Of a stretch of 64,000 nucleotides of DNA, positions 30,448 to 40,236 are shown one piece after another. Both the position numbers and the translations under genes were made by a program. The DNA lies in contig OZ252100.1 in NCBI GenBank assembly GCA_965248435.1, positions 1 through 64,000 of the forward strand. Reading direction: 5' to 3'. The stretch is from Candidatus Latescibacterota bacterium (GTDB taxonomy: Bacteria > Latescibacterota > UBA2968 > GCA-2709665). Numbering within the stretch: position 1 is the stretch's first letter; each line of letters begins with the position of its first letter. A model generated the notes under the pieces. It was not told the DNA's origin. It was given only the letters and a program-made list of their open reading frames with translations, and searched no databases.

Positions 30448-31626
30448 GTGTGTGTGGAATTCCTGACAGATCTGTTTTGCACCCGTTGTGAAAAATCATA
30501 CCCGAAGGACAAGCTCTGGAACCTGAGTCCTTGCTGTAGCGCTCCTCTGTTTGCACGTTATGATCTGGGCGGTGTTTCGAAAGCATTGAGCCGCGAGCAG
30601 ATCGCTTCCCGGTCGCCGACCATGTGGCGGTACGCCGAGATCCTACCGGTGGAGCGTGGAGATTTCAGGGTGAGCCTGGGAGAGGGGTTTACACCGCTCC
30701 TGCACGTGGGTTCGCTCGGGAAGGCGCTTGGGCTGGAAGGCCTCTACCTGAAGGAGGAGGGCAACAATCCGACGGGTTCATTCAAGGCGCGAGGAATGTC
30801 GGCGGCCGTTTCAAGGGCTATCGAACTTGGGGCGAGATCGTTCGTGGTTCCATCTGCCGGAAATGCGGGTAGTGCATTGGCCGCATATGCGGCCCGTGCG
30901 GGCGTCTCCGCCCACATTTTCATGCCGAATGACACTCCGCTGGCCAACCGAAGTGAGTGCGCTGCTCTGGGTGCACACGTGGAACTCGTTGATGGGCTCA
31001 TCACAGATTGTGGCAGGATTGTGGCAGAAAGGAAGGAACAAGAGGATTGGTTCGATCTCTCCACGCTAAAGGAGCCATACCGCGTGGAAGGAAAGAAGAC
31101 CATGGGCTACGAGCTGGCTGAGCAGTTCGACTGGGTTCTCCCAGACGTTGTGATTTACCCGACCGGCGGAGGTACGGGACTGATCGGGATGTGGAAGGCA
31201 TTTGGGGAAATGGAAGAGATGGGCTGGATCGACAAGAAACGGCCCAGGATGATCTCGGTTCAGGCGGCGGGGTGTGCCCCGATCGTTCGGGCCTTTGAGG
31301 AAGGCATCGAAAAGGCCGAACCCTGGAAGGATGCGCATACGATGGCTGCGGGACTTAGAGTGCCGGCTGCGGTGGCAGATTTTATCATGCTGAGGGTGAT
31401 TCGCGAGAGCGGAGGGGTTGCTGTCTCAGTCACAGACGATGAGATTTTCCAATCTTTGGGCGAGATGGCCTCCTTGACGGGGATTTTCCCTTGTCCGGAG
31501 GGCGCCGCCTCGTTGGCCGGGCTTAAACACCTGATCGCAAACGGGTCGGTTCGCCGGGATGAGCGGGTCGTCTTATTCAACACAGGTACGGGTCTCAAGT
31601 ACCTTGATGTTCTTGAGGATCGTTGA
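30448..31626 (+). CDS. thrC: Threonine synthase (PLP fold type II)
   Basis: SLGEGFTPL, NPTGSFKARG, PSAGNAG, EGKKTMGYE, PTGGGTG. Confidence 0.9.
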   Translation: MCVEFLTDLFCTRCEKSYPKDKLWNLSPCCSAPLFARYDLGGVSKALSREQIASRSPTMWRYAEILPVERGDFRVSLGEGFTPLLHVGSLGKALGLEGLYLKEEGNNPTGSFKARGMSAAVSRAIELGARSFVVPSAGNAGSALAAYAARAGVSAHIFMPNDTPLANRSECAALGAHVELVDGLITDCGRIVAERKEQEDWFDLSTLKEPYRVEGKKTMGYELAEQFDWVLPDVVIYPTGGGTGLIGMWKAFGEMEEMGWIDKKRPRMISVQAAGCAPIVRAFEEGIEKAEPWKDAHTMAAGLRVPAAVADFIMLRVIRESGGVAVSVTDDEIFQSLGEMASLTGIFPCPEGAASLAGLKHLIANGSVRRDERVVLFNTGTGLKYLDVLEDR

Positions 31627-33338
31627 ATCCATTGGCGGCCATGACTCAAGAGGAGACAACGCGCGCCCTTGCCTTTGCATTCGCGAAGTTCACAGCACAG
31701 GCAAGAGGTCGTCTGGTCCAGATGCTGCCGGTCTCGCTAAGAGAAGAGGTCGCGAACACGATGGACGCTGCCTCGGACCTTCAGCCATCAGAGATGTCTT
31801 TTTTAGAGCAGGTATTAAACGGCGACCTCGAGGTCATCTTTGCTCAAGAAGCGGACGGGCACGAAGCATCCGGATTGTTTGTCGAAGCGTGGCCGCTCAA
31901 AGTTTCAGATGTTCTGGCTATGATTCTACTTCACGCAACTCCCCAGCAGGCTGGGGACCTCCTGCTCTACCTCCCCCCGGGCCTCCAGGGAGAGGTCCTT
32001 CAGAAAGTAACGGCCCAGAATTGGACCGCGCTTGACACCCGGATGGGCCGAGTAGAACTGTCCTTCCTGGACACCATCGAGTCGGCTTGGGACCTTCCTC
32101 CCCGAAAAAGCTCAACAGAGTTCTCTGCCGATATCCTCCGCCACGTATCCTCCGCCGCCGCGGTAAGACGGATTCTTAGCGATATGTATCGGCTTGATCC
32201 AGAACCCACGAGAGCTGTACAGGACCTTTTATACCGCTTTGAAGACTTGGTTCGACTGGGAGACCAGGATTTCCAGACGGTGCTCTCGAGGGTAGACGCT
32301 TGGGACCTTGCGATTGCGCTCGGCTCGGCGACGGCCAGTCTGAGGCGGCGCGTGCTCGCGAACGTTTCCGAACGTCGGGCACTAAACCTTTCTGAGGATG
32401 AGGAAGCCATCGGTGAGGTCGAGCCCGATGACGCTGAGGCAGTGCAGCGTCGCATTGTCCAAAAAGCCCGGAGTCTCTACGAAGAAGGAAAAATCAGGAC
32501 TTACTTCGGGTCGGTCGGTATCGCGGAGGAAGAGGATGAGCCCTCTCCTGATGAAGGTAAGCCTGCCGGCGGGTCAGGCAAAAAAGGGGAAGCCTTGACC
32601 GAGCCCAAGCAGAAGCGACGGAATCTGAAAGGAATGGCCCTCGGTCTTTCCGGTGCAGTCGTGTGTGTCGCACTCGTTGCCTGGTATGTTCAATGGCGCT
32701 CAGGCGTCTCGAAGCCCAATGGCAGTTCACGGCGAGCAACACTTTTCCGCGGGTCGGACAGCGAGACCCCCGCGAGGAGCGTAAACAAAAAGAAAAAGAC
32801 GGGACAGAGCATCCTGACCGACGATGGGTCGAGCATGGAGACCGTAGTCGGTGACGTGCTGCTTTTTTCAGGCGATTCAGATCCTCCGGATGTTGAGAAA
32901 CTCAAGACAGGGGATCAGGTGGTGACGGAGGCGGGTCGGAGGGCCGTGCTCAGGCTTGGGGAAGAGGTGGGACAGATCCAGGTCGAGGGGGCATCGTCTC
33001 TAGAGATCGGGGAGAAAGAAGAGAACGGAACCGTTCCTCCCCAGTTGAGTATTCGATTGGGAAAACTCTGGGTCTACGTAAAAAATCCAACCATGGAGGT
33101 GCGTTCACCCCTCGCCGTGGTCACCGCTTCGGAGGGGGCGCTATACAAACTGCGCGTCGTGCTCGATGCGTCCACCACGATTTCCGTGAGTCGAGGTACC
33201 GTCTGGGTCAAGCCGCTTGTCGGTGAGGACAGTGGAAATCTGGTCCTTGGACCACAAGATGTCGTGAGAATTCACCCGCGGGGTCGCATCACCCGGTACA
33301 ACCAGGAACCGGAATCGGGTTGGTTGGGTTTGTTTTAG
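31623..33338 (+). CDS. FliG-like cytoplasmic domains + single TM + FecR-like periplasmic domain
   Basis: LYRFEDLVRLGDQDFQTVLSRVD..DLAIAL...NVSERRALNLSED...QRRIV...EEGKI resembles FliG-C. A TM lies at about 32631-32696. LKTGDQVVTEAGRRAVL...GKLWV...EVRSPLAVV...SVSRGTVWV resembles FecR. Confidence 0.8.
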   Translation: MNPLAAMTQEETTRALAFAFAKFTAQARGRLVQMLPVSLREEVANTMDAASDLQPSEMSFLEQVLNGDLEVIFAQEADGHEASGLFVEAWPLKVSDVLAMILLHATPQQAGDLLLYLPPGLQGEVLQKVTAQNWTALDTRMGRVELSFLDTIESAWDLPPRKSSTEFSADILRHVSSAAAVRRILSDMYRLDPEPTRAVQDLLYRFEDLVRLGDQDFQTVLSRVDAWDLAIALGSATASLRRRVLANVSERRALNLSEDEEAIGEVEPDDAEAVQRRIVQKARSLYEEGKIRTYFGSVGIAEEEDEPSPDEGKPAGGSGKKGEALTEPKQKRRNLKGMALGLSGAVVCVALVAWYVQWRSGVSKPNGSSRRATLFRGSDSETPARSVNKKKKTGQSILTDDGSSMETVVGDVLLFSGDSDPPDVEKLKTGDQVVTEAGRRAVLRLGEEVGQIQVEGASSLEIGEKEENGTVPPQLSIRLGKLWVYVKNPTMEVRSPLAVVTASEGALYKLRVVLDASTTISVSRGTVWVKPLVGEDSGNLVLGPQDVVRIHPRGRITRYNQEPESGWLGLF

Positions 33339-33414
33339 GGTAATCCTGGATGATCTTCAAAATGGCTGCAGGATGAAGATGGATCTGCCGATGGTTTCGG
33401 TGGAGGACCATTGA

Positions 33415-33825
33415 ATGAAGATTTGGCTCAAGATTGCGATTCTGACGTTTCCGGCTCTGGCTGCGGGCGACCTATGGGCCGCCGGGGAGTCGATCTATGG
33501 CCTCGAATCCGTGAAATTCACCAGGGTGTTCGACCCTGATCCGAGGCCCGAGAGACTGCTGCTCGTTTCAGGCAGCCTGAAATTTGCAGGAGGTTTCCCT
33601 GGGGGAAATACCTGGGAAGCTGTCACCTATATTCCTCAGCGGACGGCGGCCCCGAGGGCCGACTACGGGATCCTCAAAGTAACCGGGAACTTCGTCCGCT
33701 TCTACTCTTTTGTTTCATTCGCGACCTATCGGGGTAGAGTGGGTGAGGAAGGTGAGAAGATTTCCGTCACAAAGATCGACGGAGCCGGCAGGTCTCAAAC
33801 CGAGACGTGGTATCTGGTCAGATAG
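33415..33825 (+). CDS. Hypothetical secreted protein
   Basis: GGAGG RBS, a Sec-type signal peptide and a beta-rich mature region. Confidence 0.7.
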   Translation: MKIWLKIAILTFPALAAGDLWAAGESIYGLESVKFTRVFDPDPRPERLLLVSGSLKFAGGFPGGNTWEAVTYIPQRTAAPRADYGILKVTGNFVRFYSFVSFATYRGRVGEEGEKISVTKIDGAGRSQTETWYLVR

Positions 33826-33914
33826 GGCGACCCGTATTGTTTTCCGGGGCGTCGAGTGGAATTTTGTTATATTTACGCTGCAATACGGGTCAGGTTTTGG
33901 GGGCATCGGATCAG

Positions 33915-34304
33915 ATGATTGAGAAGGAAATCGGAAAGTATAAAACCTATGTCCTTGAGGCTGAGGACATGGTCGTCGTTATGGGTGAAGTGGCGAAACA
34001 TGCCGGCTTCTTGAAGGAGGCCGGTTTTGAGGAGCACCCGGAGACCAAGGAGTGGGTTGGGAAGGGCGCCCACCTTTACGGAATGGATCCCCAGACATTC
34101 TTCGATAGGTTCAGTTCTCGAACCGGGGGCGACTCAGAACTGACGGCTCAGGCGACGGACGGCCAGTCGTTCTACCAGGTGGATTCACTCCCACTGGTAG
34201 AGGAGGACGAGCAGGGCAGATCTTTTATTGTGAGCATTCACGCCCTGGATTTGGAGACGAGGACGGTGATCGATGAGGGCGTCTCGAACTTCAGGGTCGG
34301 GTAG
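33915..34304 (+). CDS. Hypothetical acidic cytoplasmic protein
   Basis: Protein-like ORF from the ATG at 33915, followed by a terminator. Confidence 0.65.
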   Translation: MIEKEIGKYKTYVLEAEDMVVVMGEVAKHAGFLKEAGFEEHPETKEWVGKGAHLYGMDPQTFFDRFSSRTGGDSELTAQATDGQSFYQVDSLPLVEEDEQGRSFIVSIHALDLETRTVIDEGVSNFRVG

Positions 34305-34328
34305 CACTGTTTCGGTGATATTTTATTC

Positions 34329-34363
34329 GAGGCGCGGCCTTCGGGTCGCGCCTTTCTTTGTTT
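34329..34363 (+). terminator. Intrinsic terminator between convergent genes
   Basis: AGGCGCGGCC-TTCG-GGTCGCGCCT followed by TTCTTTGTTT. Confidence 0.75.
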
Positions 34364-34404
34364 CGGGCCGGTTGAAATCTAATTTTTGACACCAATCCGG
34401 TCGT

Positions 34405-35724
34405 TCATGGGTCTCGAAGAAATTCGAGTGCTGCGTCCGAAGCCGCGCGGCCGCTCAGAACAGCGCTCTCTATCGTCGAGGGAAGGCCCGTGTCGGTCCA
34501 GTCTCCGGCAAGGAAGAGTCCGGGCCATTCGGTAGTGACGCCAGGGCGAGGGGCGCTCGGGGGAAGGACGTAAGTCGCCTGGCGTTCCCGAACGACGAGA
34601 CTATGAATCAGGGTATTCCTCTCATTATCAGGGAGGTGAGAACGGATCTCTTCCAGGGTGATACGGACCAGATCCGCGTCCGATTCGTCCAAAAGCCCGT
34701 CAGCCGCACTCGACACTACCGCAACGTGACCCGTCGACGCTCGATCCCGCCCTCGATAGAGGCTCCGCTTGTTGAACACCCAATGCATTCGGCCACCAAG
34801 GAGTCCAACGTAATCGGATTCGATAACGGGATGCTCAAACCAGAGGTTGACGGATAGGATGGGTGAGGGGCGAAAGGAGGCCAGGTCTCGGCGAAGTCTG
34901 GAAAGAGAAGGGGGAAGGAGTCGGATAAGCGCCGTCGGGGGCACAGAGCTGATACAGGCGTCGGCACTCAATCTTTCGCCAGAGTCTAATTGGATGGAAA
35001 TTCTCTCTCTCTCCTCACCGAAGTGAACCACCCGGCGGCGCAGTAGGACCTCTCCTCCGCGCGATTTAATGAACTGACTCGCGGAATCGGAATACAGTCC
35101 GCTCAGGCCGACGGTAGCGTATCCCAGGCACGCGCCGTCCAGGTTCCGCAGAAAAGCGTCTCGGAAGATCCGAGCAAGGTGGCTGGCGGGTGCATCCTCG
35201 GGGGCCTGGTTCAAGGCTGAGATCGAAAGTGGGTGCCAGAAGCTTCTGAGGAGACGATCAGTTTGACCGCACCGTTCCAGCCAGGCTTTGACGGAAAGAC
35301 CCTTCGTTTTGAGAGGCGACAGGTTCCTTGCGACACCTGCAAACTTCGGCATATCGGAGAGTGCGATGGGTTTGAAACGCATCAGGCCGAGCAGAATGTG
35401 AAGGGGAGAAGGGAGGCGGGGAAAGGAGAGGTGTGTTCTACCCAGTCGCGGGTGGCGAAACTCAATCGCGAATTTGTTCTGAAAGTGGAGCCGGTCCGAT
35501 GTTCCGATCTGTTTTAAAAATTCCAGCGTGTGCAGATTGCACTTCATCAACAAGTGCTGGCCGTTGTCAACCGTGTCCCCGGTCTGTCTGTCCGTGAAAG
35601 AATACGCCCTTCCACCCAACTGCTTCCGCCGTTCCAGCAGCGTCACTCTGAGACCTTTGCTTGCGAGTTGAGCGGCGGCGGAGAGCCCAGAAAATCCCCC
35701 CCCGATGACGACGACGTGTTTCAT
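34405..35724 (-). CDS. hpnE: Hydroxysqualene dehydroxylase HpnE
   Basis: VIGGGFSGLSAA, LGGRAYSF, VDNGQHLL and LAGDWTDTGLPSTIESAV. It follows hpnCD. Confidence 0.9.
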   Translation of the reverse strand: MKHVVVIGGGFSGLSAAAQLASKGLRVTLLERRKQLGGRAYSFTDRQTGDTVDNGQHLLMKCNLHTLEFLKQIGTSDRLHFQNKFAIEFRHPRLGRTHLSFPRLPSPLHILLGLMRFKPIALSDMPKFAGVARNLSPLKTKGLSVKAWLERCGQTDRLLRSFWHPLSISALNQAPEDAPASHLARIFRDAFLRNLDGACLGYATVGLSGLYSDSASQFIKSRGGEVLLRRRVVHFGEERERISIQLDSGERLSADACISSVPPTALIRLLPPSLSRLRRDLASFRPSPILSVNLWFEHPVIESDYVGLLGGRMHWVFNKRSLYRGRDRASTGHVAVVSSAADGLLDESDADLVRITLEEIRSHLPDNERNTLIHSLVVRERQATYVLPPSAPRPGVTTEWPGLFLAGDWTDTGLPSTIESAVLSGRAASDAALEFLRDP

Positions 35725-36575
35725 GCCAGAGACCGCCTGGCTCCAGCGCGAATCCATGTGCTGAGTGCAATGCTGAATTTCCTCAGGTTGTTCACACCTA
35801 TCGAATTCTCGAACACGTTGTATTGGACCGATTCTATCCGCTTGAGTAGGGCTGTGTATATATGCGCCATGATCTCAGCCGAAAAGAGGTCTGGCCGATC
35901 TTCTTCTGTGAGGAATTTCCTCGCTCTCGCGTAAAAATCCTTCGCCCGCTTCGTTTGAAATCGCATCAGTTTCACGAATGCGGGGTTATACGTGTGAGAC
36001 AGCAGGTCCCGTTCGGAATAGCCGAACCGCTGAAGATCCTCGGAGGGTATGTAGATGCGATCCTGCTGGGCGTCAGCTTTCAGGTCTCTCATGATGTTCG
36101 TGAGTTGCAACGCGACGCCGAGGTTGACTGCATAATCCCGGGTCTTCAAATTCCGATATCCAAATATTTCAATGCAAATCAGTCCGATTGTGGATGCAAC
36201 CCGATAACAGTATTGGTAAAGGTCATCAAACGTGGCATACCGGCGTTTGTGAAGGTCCATTTCGACGCCGTCGATAAGGTTCAGGAAATGGGATTTGGGG
36301 ATGGGGAATTGAAGGAGCGTCTTTTGAAGGTCGATGGTAATCGGGTGTTCGGCGCGCCCCTCATAGCAGGCTTCCAGCTGGCTTCGCCAGGTCTGCAGAT
36401 TTTCTCGCGCAGCTTCTGGTGATGACGCCTCGTCCACCAGATCATCCGTGAATCGGCTAAAGGCATAGGCGGCGAAGATGGCATCCCGCTTGGGCTTGGG
36501 TAGGAAAACGAAGGCGTAATAAAAATTCGTGCGCGCCTTCTTGACGAAGGCACTCGTGGAATCACTGATCTTCAT
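35721..36575 (-). CDS. hpnD: Presqualene diphosphate synthase HpnD
   Basis: TNFYYAF, YAFSRFTDDLVD, YCYRVAS, ALQLTNIMRD. Confidence 0.88.
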   Translation of the reverse strand: MKISDSTSAFVKKARTNFYYAFVFLPKPKRDAIFAAYAFSRFTDDLVDEASSPEAARENLQTWRSQLEACYEGRAEHPITIDLQKTLLQFPIPKSHFLNLIDGVEMDLHKRRYATFDDLYQYCYRVASTIGLICIEIFGYRNLKTRDYAVNLGVALQLTNIMRDLKADAQQDRIYIPSEDLQRFGYSERDLLSHTYNPAFVKLMRFQTKRAKDFYARARKFLTEEDRPDLFSAEIMAHIYTALLKRIESVQYNVFENSIGVNNLRKFSIALSTWIRAGARRSLA

Positions 36576-37530
36576 GAGGGTCGGATAATGTTGATGTTTC
36601 TTCACTTATGTCTTTCGGAAAGAACGCGCGAAGCAGAAGACGGGCGCGGTCCCAGGCCGAGATGCGTGGGCGTCTCCGGAAGACATCGTATCCGTTCTGA
36701 CGGATCTTGTCCAGAATCCGAAGTCCGCCCAGGCAAGTCAACCGGAGTTCGAATCTCAGACGGCCGGCTACGGATTCAGAAAGGGATCGTCCATCGTTGA
36801 AGAGCGCCTCGGTGCGTGCGATCTCGAATTCCAAGAGGTCATCGAAGCCGGGCGTCACGCGTCCTTGCGCCAGGTTTTCTTCTGTAACCTCGAACCGATT
36901 CATATCCTCCTGCGGAATATAGACCCTGCCGCGCGAGAAATCTACCGCGACGTCCTGCCAAAAATTGGTCAGCTGCAGTGCGCTGCAGATTGCATCTGAG
37001 AGAAGAAGCCTCCTTTCGTCTCTATGGCCAAAGAGGTGCAGGATGAGTCTGCCGATCGGGTTGGCCGAGTAGCGGCAGTATGAGAGCAGATCATCGAAGG
37101 TTTGTCGGCGCTGCGTCGTCACATCCAACCTGAAGGCCCACAGGAGGTCTCTGAGAAGCTGGGTCGGAATGTGATGCGTCCGTATTGTTTCGGCAAGTGC
37201 AGTAAATACAGGACCTTCAGGAGCTGTTAGGCAGGCGTTGAGACGCTCTTCCCACCTGTCCAGTCTGATGAGACGCTCCGTATCGTTCATTCCGGGTTCG
37301 TCCGCAAAATCGTCTGCTGCACGAGCGAAGGCGTAGATACTACAAACGTGGGGTCTGAGAGACCTGGGGATCAAGCGGGAACCCACCGGAAAATTCTCGT
37401 AGTGACTCCTCGTTACAGACTCACAGTAGGAAAACGCCTTCCCAAGCGACACGGTAGATTCTTGATTCGTTAGGCCCTCAATTTGAGCAGACGTTATTTG
37501 GGAGGTCATGGCGAGAGGAAGATAAGACAT
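36562..37530 (-). CDS. hpnC: Hydroxysqualene synthase HpnC
   Basis: SHYENFPVGS, YAFARAADDFADE, YCRYSANPIGR, ALQLTNFWQD. Confidence 0.9.
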   Translation of the reverse strand: MSYLPLAMTSQITSAQIEGLTNQESTVSLGKAFSYCESVTRSHYENFPVGSRLIPRSLRPHVCSIYAFARAADDFADEPGMNDTERLIRLDRWEERLNACLTAPEGPVFTALAETIRTHHIPTQLLRDLLWAFRLDVTTQRRQTFDDLLSYCRYSANPIGRLILHLFGHRDERRLLLSDAICSALQLTNFWQDVAVDFSRGRVYIPQEDMNRFEVTEENLAQGRVTPGFDDLLEFEIARTEALFNDGRSLSESVAGRLRFELRLTCLGGLRILDKIRQNGYDVFRRRPRISAWDRARLLLRAFFPKDISEETSTLSDPHEDQ

Positions 37531-37605
37531 TGATCTTTAAGGGGGAATCGAATTTTCGCAAAGTGCCTTTGCTAATTGAACCTGCTTTCCTCATTCTGTT
37601 CTGTC

Positions 37606-37635
37606 TTGACAGATGGGTTCTCGCTGACCTATATT
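37606..37635 (+). promoter_or_regulatory. Putative sigma70 promoter of the B12 operon
   Basis: TTGACA-N18-TATATT just upstream of the riboswitch. Confidence 0.55.
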
Positions 37636-37669
37636 CCGGTGTCGTCGATCTTTGACATTGTTGTCCATC

Positions 37670-37835
37670 AGGCCCAGGTGCCCCCAAGGGGGCCAAAAGG
37701 GAAGACGGTGTAATTCCGTCGCGGACCCGCCGCTGTGACCGAGGATGCGTCCTGCACAAGCCACTGGCCGGTATCAATAGGCTGGGAAGGCGTAGGAGCG
37801 CAGATGATCCGGGAGCCAGAAGACCTGCCTGAGCC
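37670..37835 (+). ncRNA. Cobalamin riboswitch
   Basis: Conserved elements GGTG...AAAAGGGAA.CGGTG.AATTCCG...CCCGCCGCTGTGA...GCCACTG...GGGAAGGC...GAGCCAGAAGACCTGCC (B12 box). It lies upstream of btuB and cob genes. Confidence 0.93.
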
Positions 37836-37905
37836 GTGGTGTCGATTTAGATCTTCCTCGAGGAGCGGGAAGCAAGATCAGCTATAGATCCATAAGGAAT
37901 TGGGT

Positions 37906-37942
37906 TCCCCGGCTTCAGGAAAGAGGCCGGGGATTTTTGTTT
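37906..37942 (+). terminator. Riboswitch-associated attenuator terminator
   Basis: TCCCCGGCTT...AGGCCGGGGA followed by TTTTTGTTT, between the aptamer and the btuB start. Confidence 0.7.
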
Positions 37943-37980
37943 GATGTCCATGGCTGCCTCAGATAAGGAACGAGTGAACG

Positions 37981-40227
37981 ATGATGCTTCGGTTTATGTC
38001 CAACCATAGAGGCTCACCCTGCGCGATGGAATGGGTGCTCTCCGTCCTCTTCCTTATTTTGACTCCCCGTTTCGTCGACGCCGCCACTCTGAAGGGGATC
38101 ATAAAGGATACTCAGACTAACGAACCCCTCTATGGGGCATGGGTCGTTCTGGGAGACGCCATCGGAGGTGTTGAGACAGATGCCGCGGGTCGGTTTGAAT
38201 TCGATTCTGTGCCTGCAGGCATCTACACGCTGCGCGTTTCACACGTAGGATACCACCAACTCGTGGAGAAAGGGGTGAGGGTATTGGATCGGGCAGAGGG
38301 CGTGTTGCAACTGGCAATGATACCCAGGCTGATTCCGCTGGAGGAGATGATCGTGCGGGCAGAACCGGTCGGACAATCCGATATTCATCGGATGCCTTCA
38401 TTTGTGACCGTCTTGAAGCGCGAGATGTTCGAGGGCCGAGCGACGTCCGTGCCCGAAGTTTTATCGACAGCGACAGGAGTTCAACTGAAACAATTGGGCG
38501 GGCTCGGAAGTTTCAGCACGATCTCGGTTCGTGGTTCCTCCGCCGAGCAGGTGGAGATCTATCTGGACGGCATCCTTCTTAATTCGGCCTTTGGGGGAGG
38601 CGTCAATCTGAGCAATCTCCCTCTCAAGCAGATCGAGCAAATAGAGCTGTATCGAGGCGCTGCGGCAGAGGGGGGGGGTATGGGAGGGACCCTCCACATT
38701 CGGACGCGTTCAGCGAGGGAGGGGTGGCAGCGGAACGGAGGCGTTTCCTGGGGCTCATTCGATACACGAAATCTCAGTACAACGATCTCCGATCGAAGGG
38801 GAGCGGGCGATTACCTGCTCGTGGCGGAATATCTCACAAGCGATAACAACTTTCGATTTCTTGATGACAATGGCACGCGCTACAATCTGGACGACGACTC
38901 CGTTGCCCGCCGAGTGAACAGCGACTTTACATCCGGAAGTTTGCTGGGAAAGTGGAGACATCGGTTTCATCGGAATTGGAAGTTCTATCTTCAGGAAAAT
39001 CTCTACTGGAGCCACAAAGGGATTCCTGGAATCAGCAACAACCAATCGACACACGCCCGCCTGAATACGTTCAGAAATCTCGTTGAAGCCGGCGTCGTGA
39101 TTCCGGATCTGAGAAATCGGTTTTCCATTCGGCAGCGAGTCACCTTCTCTCATACGGCAGAGTCTTTTATGGACCCGAATGGGGAGGTGGGTCTGGGGCG
39201 TCAGAACAGCCGATATCGGACGAGGCATATCGAATGGCAGAGCAGGATTCAGACTGCGATTGGCCAAAATCTTGGCACAGGTTTGGGCATCTCCATTCGG
39301 AAAGAGACCTTCCTTCCCGAATCCCGCCTGCAGCGTCGGTCGCTCTTCCTCGAAAGCGATCGGTGGACAGCCGATGTGCGGGTGGGGACGGATTGGGAGC
39401 TCCCCGGGCGCAAGGGGATCGCTTCGATCTCTGCGGAGGTCCGGCGCCTTCGAAGCCGGGTGTTCGATGAGAACCCCTATCTGTTTTCGCCCGAGGCGTC
39501 AGACACGACGACAGACCGAACGCTTGTATCTTTCCGGTGGGGGTTGCGATTCGACCTGAGGCCCGGGCTCTGGCTGAAGGCCAATCTGGGGTTGAGTCCC
39601 CGGGTTCCCAGCTTCTACGAACTCTTCGGTGATCGCGGAGGTGTCGTGGGGAATACCGAATTGATCCCCGAAAGGGGGCATACCTGGGATGCCGGTTTTC
39701 GGGCCCAATCTCGTCGCGATGCGGTGTTTGAAGCTGCTTTCTTCGACCATCGCTACGAGGATCTGATTCAGTTCGTTCAGACATCACAGGGGACATCCCG
39801 TGCCTTCAACATCGGCAAAGCTCGTGCGCGAGGCGTGGAAGTCACGGCTGGCGTATCCCCTGTGAGGAGGTGGTCGATATCCGGAAACTACACCTATCAA
39901 CGTGCCGTGGACGAATCAGACATTCCCCACCGCCAGGGAAATCGCCTGCCAAACCGACCTGCCCACAGGACATTTCTACGCACGGACGTTGGGGTGGGAT
40001 ACGTTTCAATCTTCTATGAATATACTTTCCAGGACAAGAATTTCCTGGACCGGGCCAACTTGCGTCCCGTGCCGTCCCGCCATATCCACAACCTCGGATT
40101 ACGCGTTCGCCTTTCGAGCCGGGCCCGAATGACGCTAGAAGCCAAAAATCTGAAGAATACACGGATCGCCGACGTCTGGGGATATCCGTTGCCTGGAAGA
40201 TCTTACTTCGTCACGCTGCAGTTATAA
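37981..40227 (+). CDS. btuB: TonB-dependent receptor, probable cobalamin transporter
   Basis: N-terminal carboxypeptidase-regulatory-like domain, plug motif ISVRGSSAEQVEIYLDG and C-terminal GYPLPGRSYF. Preceded by a B12 riboswitch. Confidence 0.85.
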   Translation: MMLRFMSNHRGSPCAMEWVLSVLFLILTPRFVDAATLKGIIKDTQTNEPLYGAWVVLGDAIGGVETDAAGRFEFDSVPAGIYTLRVSHVGYHQLVEKGVRVLDRAEGVLQLAMIPRLIPLEEMIVRAEPVGQSDIHRMPSFVTVLKREMFEGRATSVPEVLSTATGVQLKQLGGLGSFSTISVRGSSAEQVEIYLDGILLNSAFGGGVNLSNLPLKQIEQIELYRGAAAEGGGMGGTLHIRTRSAREGWQRNGGVSWGSFDTRNLSTTISDRRGAGDYLLVAEYLTSDNNFRFLDDNGTRYNLDDDSVARRVNSDFTSGSLLGKWRHRFHRNWKFYLQENLYWSHKGIPGISNNQSTHARLNTFRNLVEAGVVIPDLRNRFSIRQRVTFSHTAESFMDPNGEVGLGRQNSRYRTRHIEWQSRIQTAIGQNLGTGLGISIRKETFLPESRLQRRSLFLESDRWTADVRVGTDWELPGRKGIASISAEVRRLRSRVFDENPYLFSPEASDTTTDRTLVSFRWGLRFDLRPGLWLKANLGLSPRVPSFYELFGDRGGVVGNTELIPERGHTWDAGFRAQSRRDAVFEAAFFDHRYEDLIQFVQTSQGTSRAFNIGKARARGVEVTAGVSPVRRWSISGNYTYQRAVDESDIPHRQGNRLPNRPAHRTFLRTDVGVGYVSIFYEYTFQDKNFLDRANLRPVPSRHIHNLGLRVRLSSRARMTLEAKNLKNTRIADVWGYPLPGRSYFVTLQL

Positions 40228-40236
40228 CCTCGGGGA

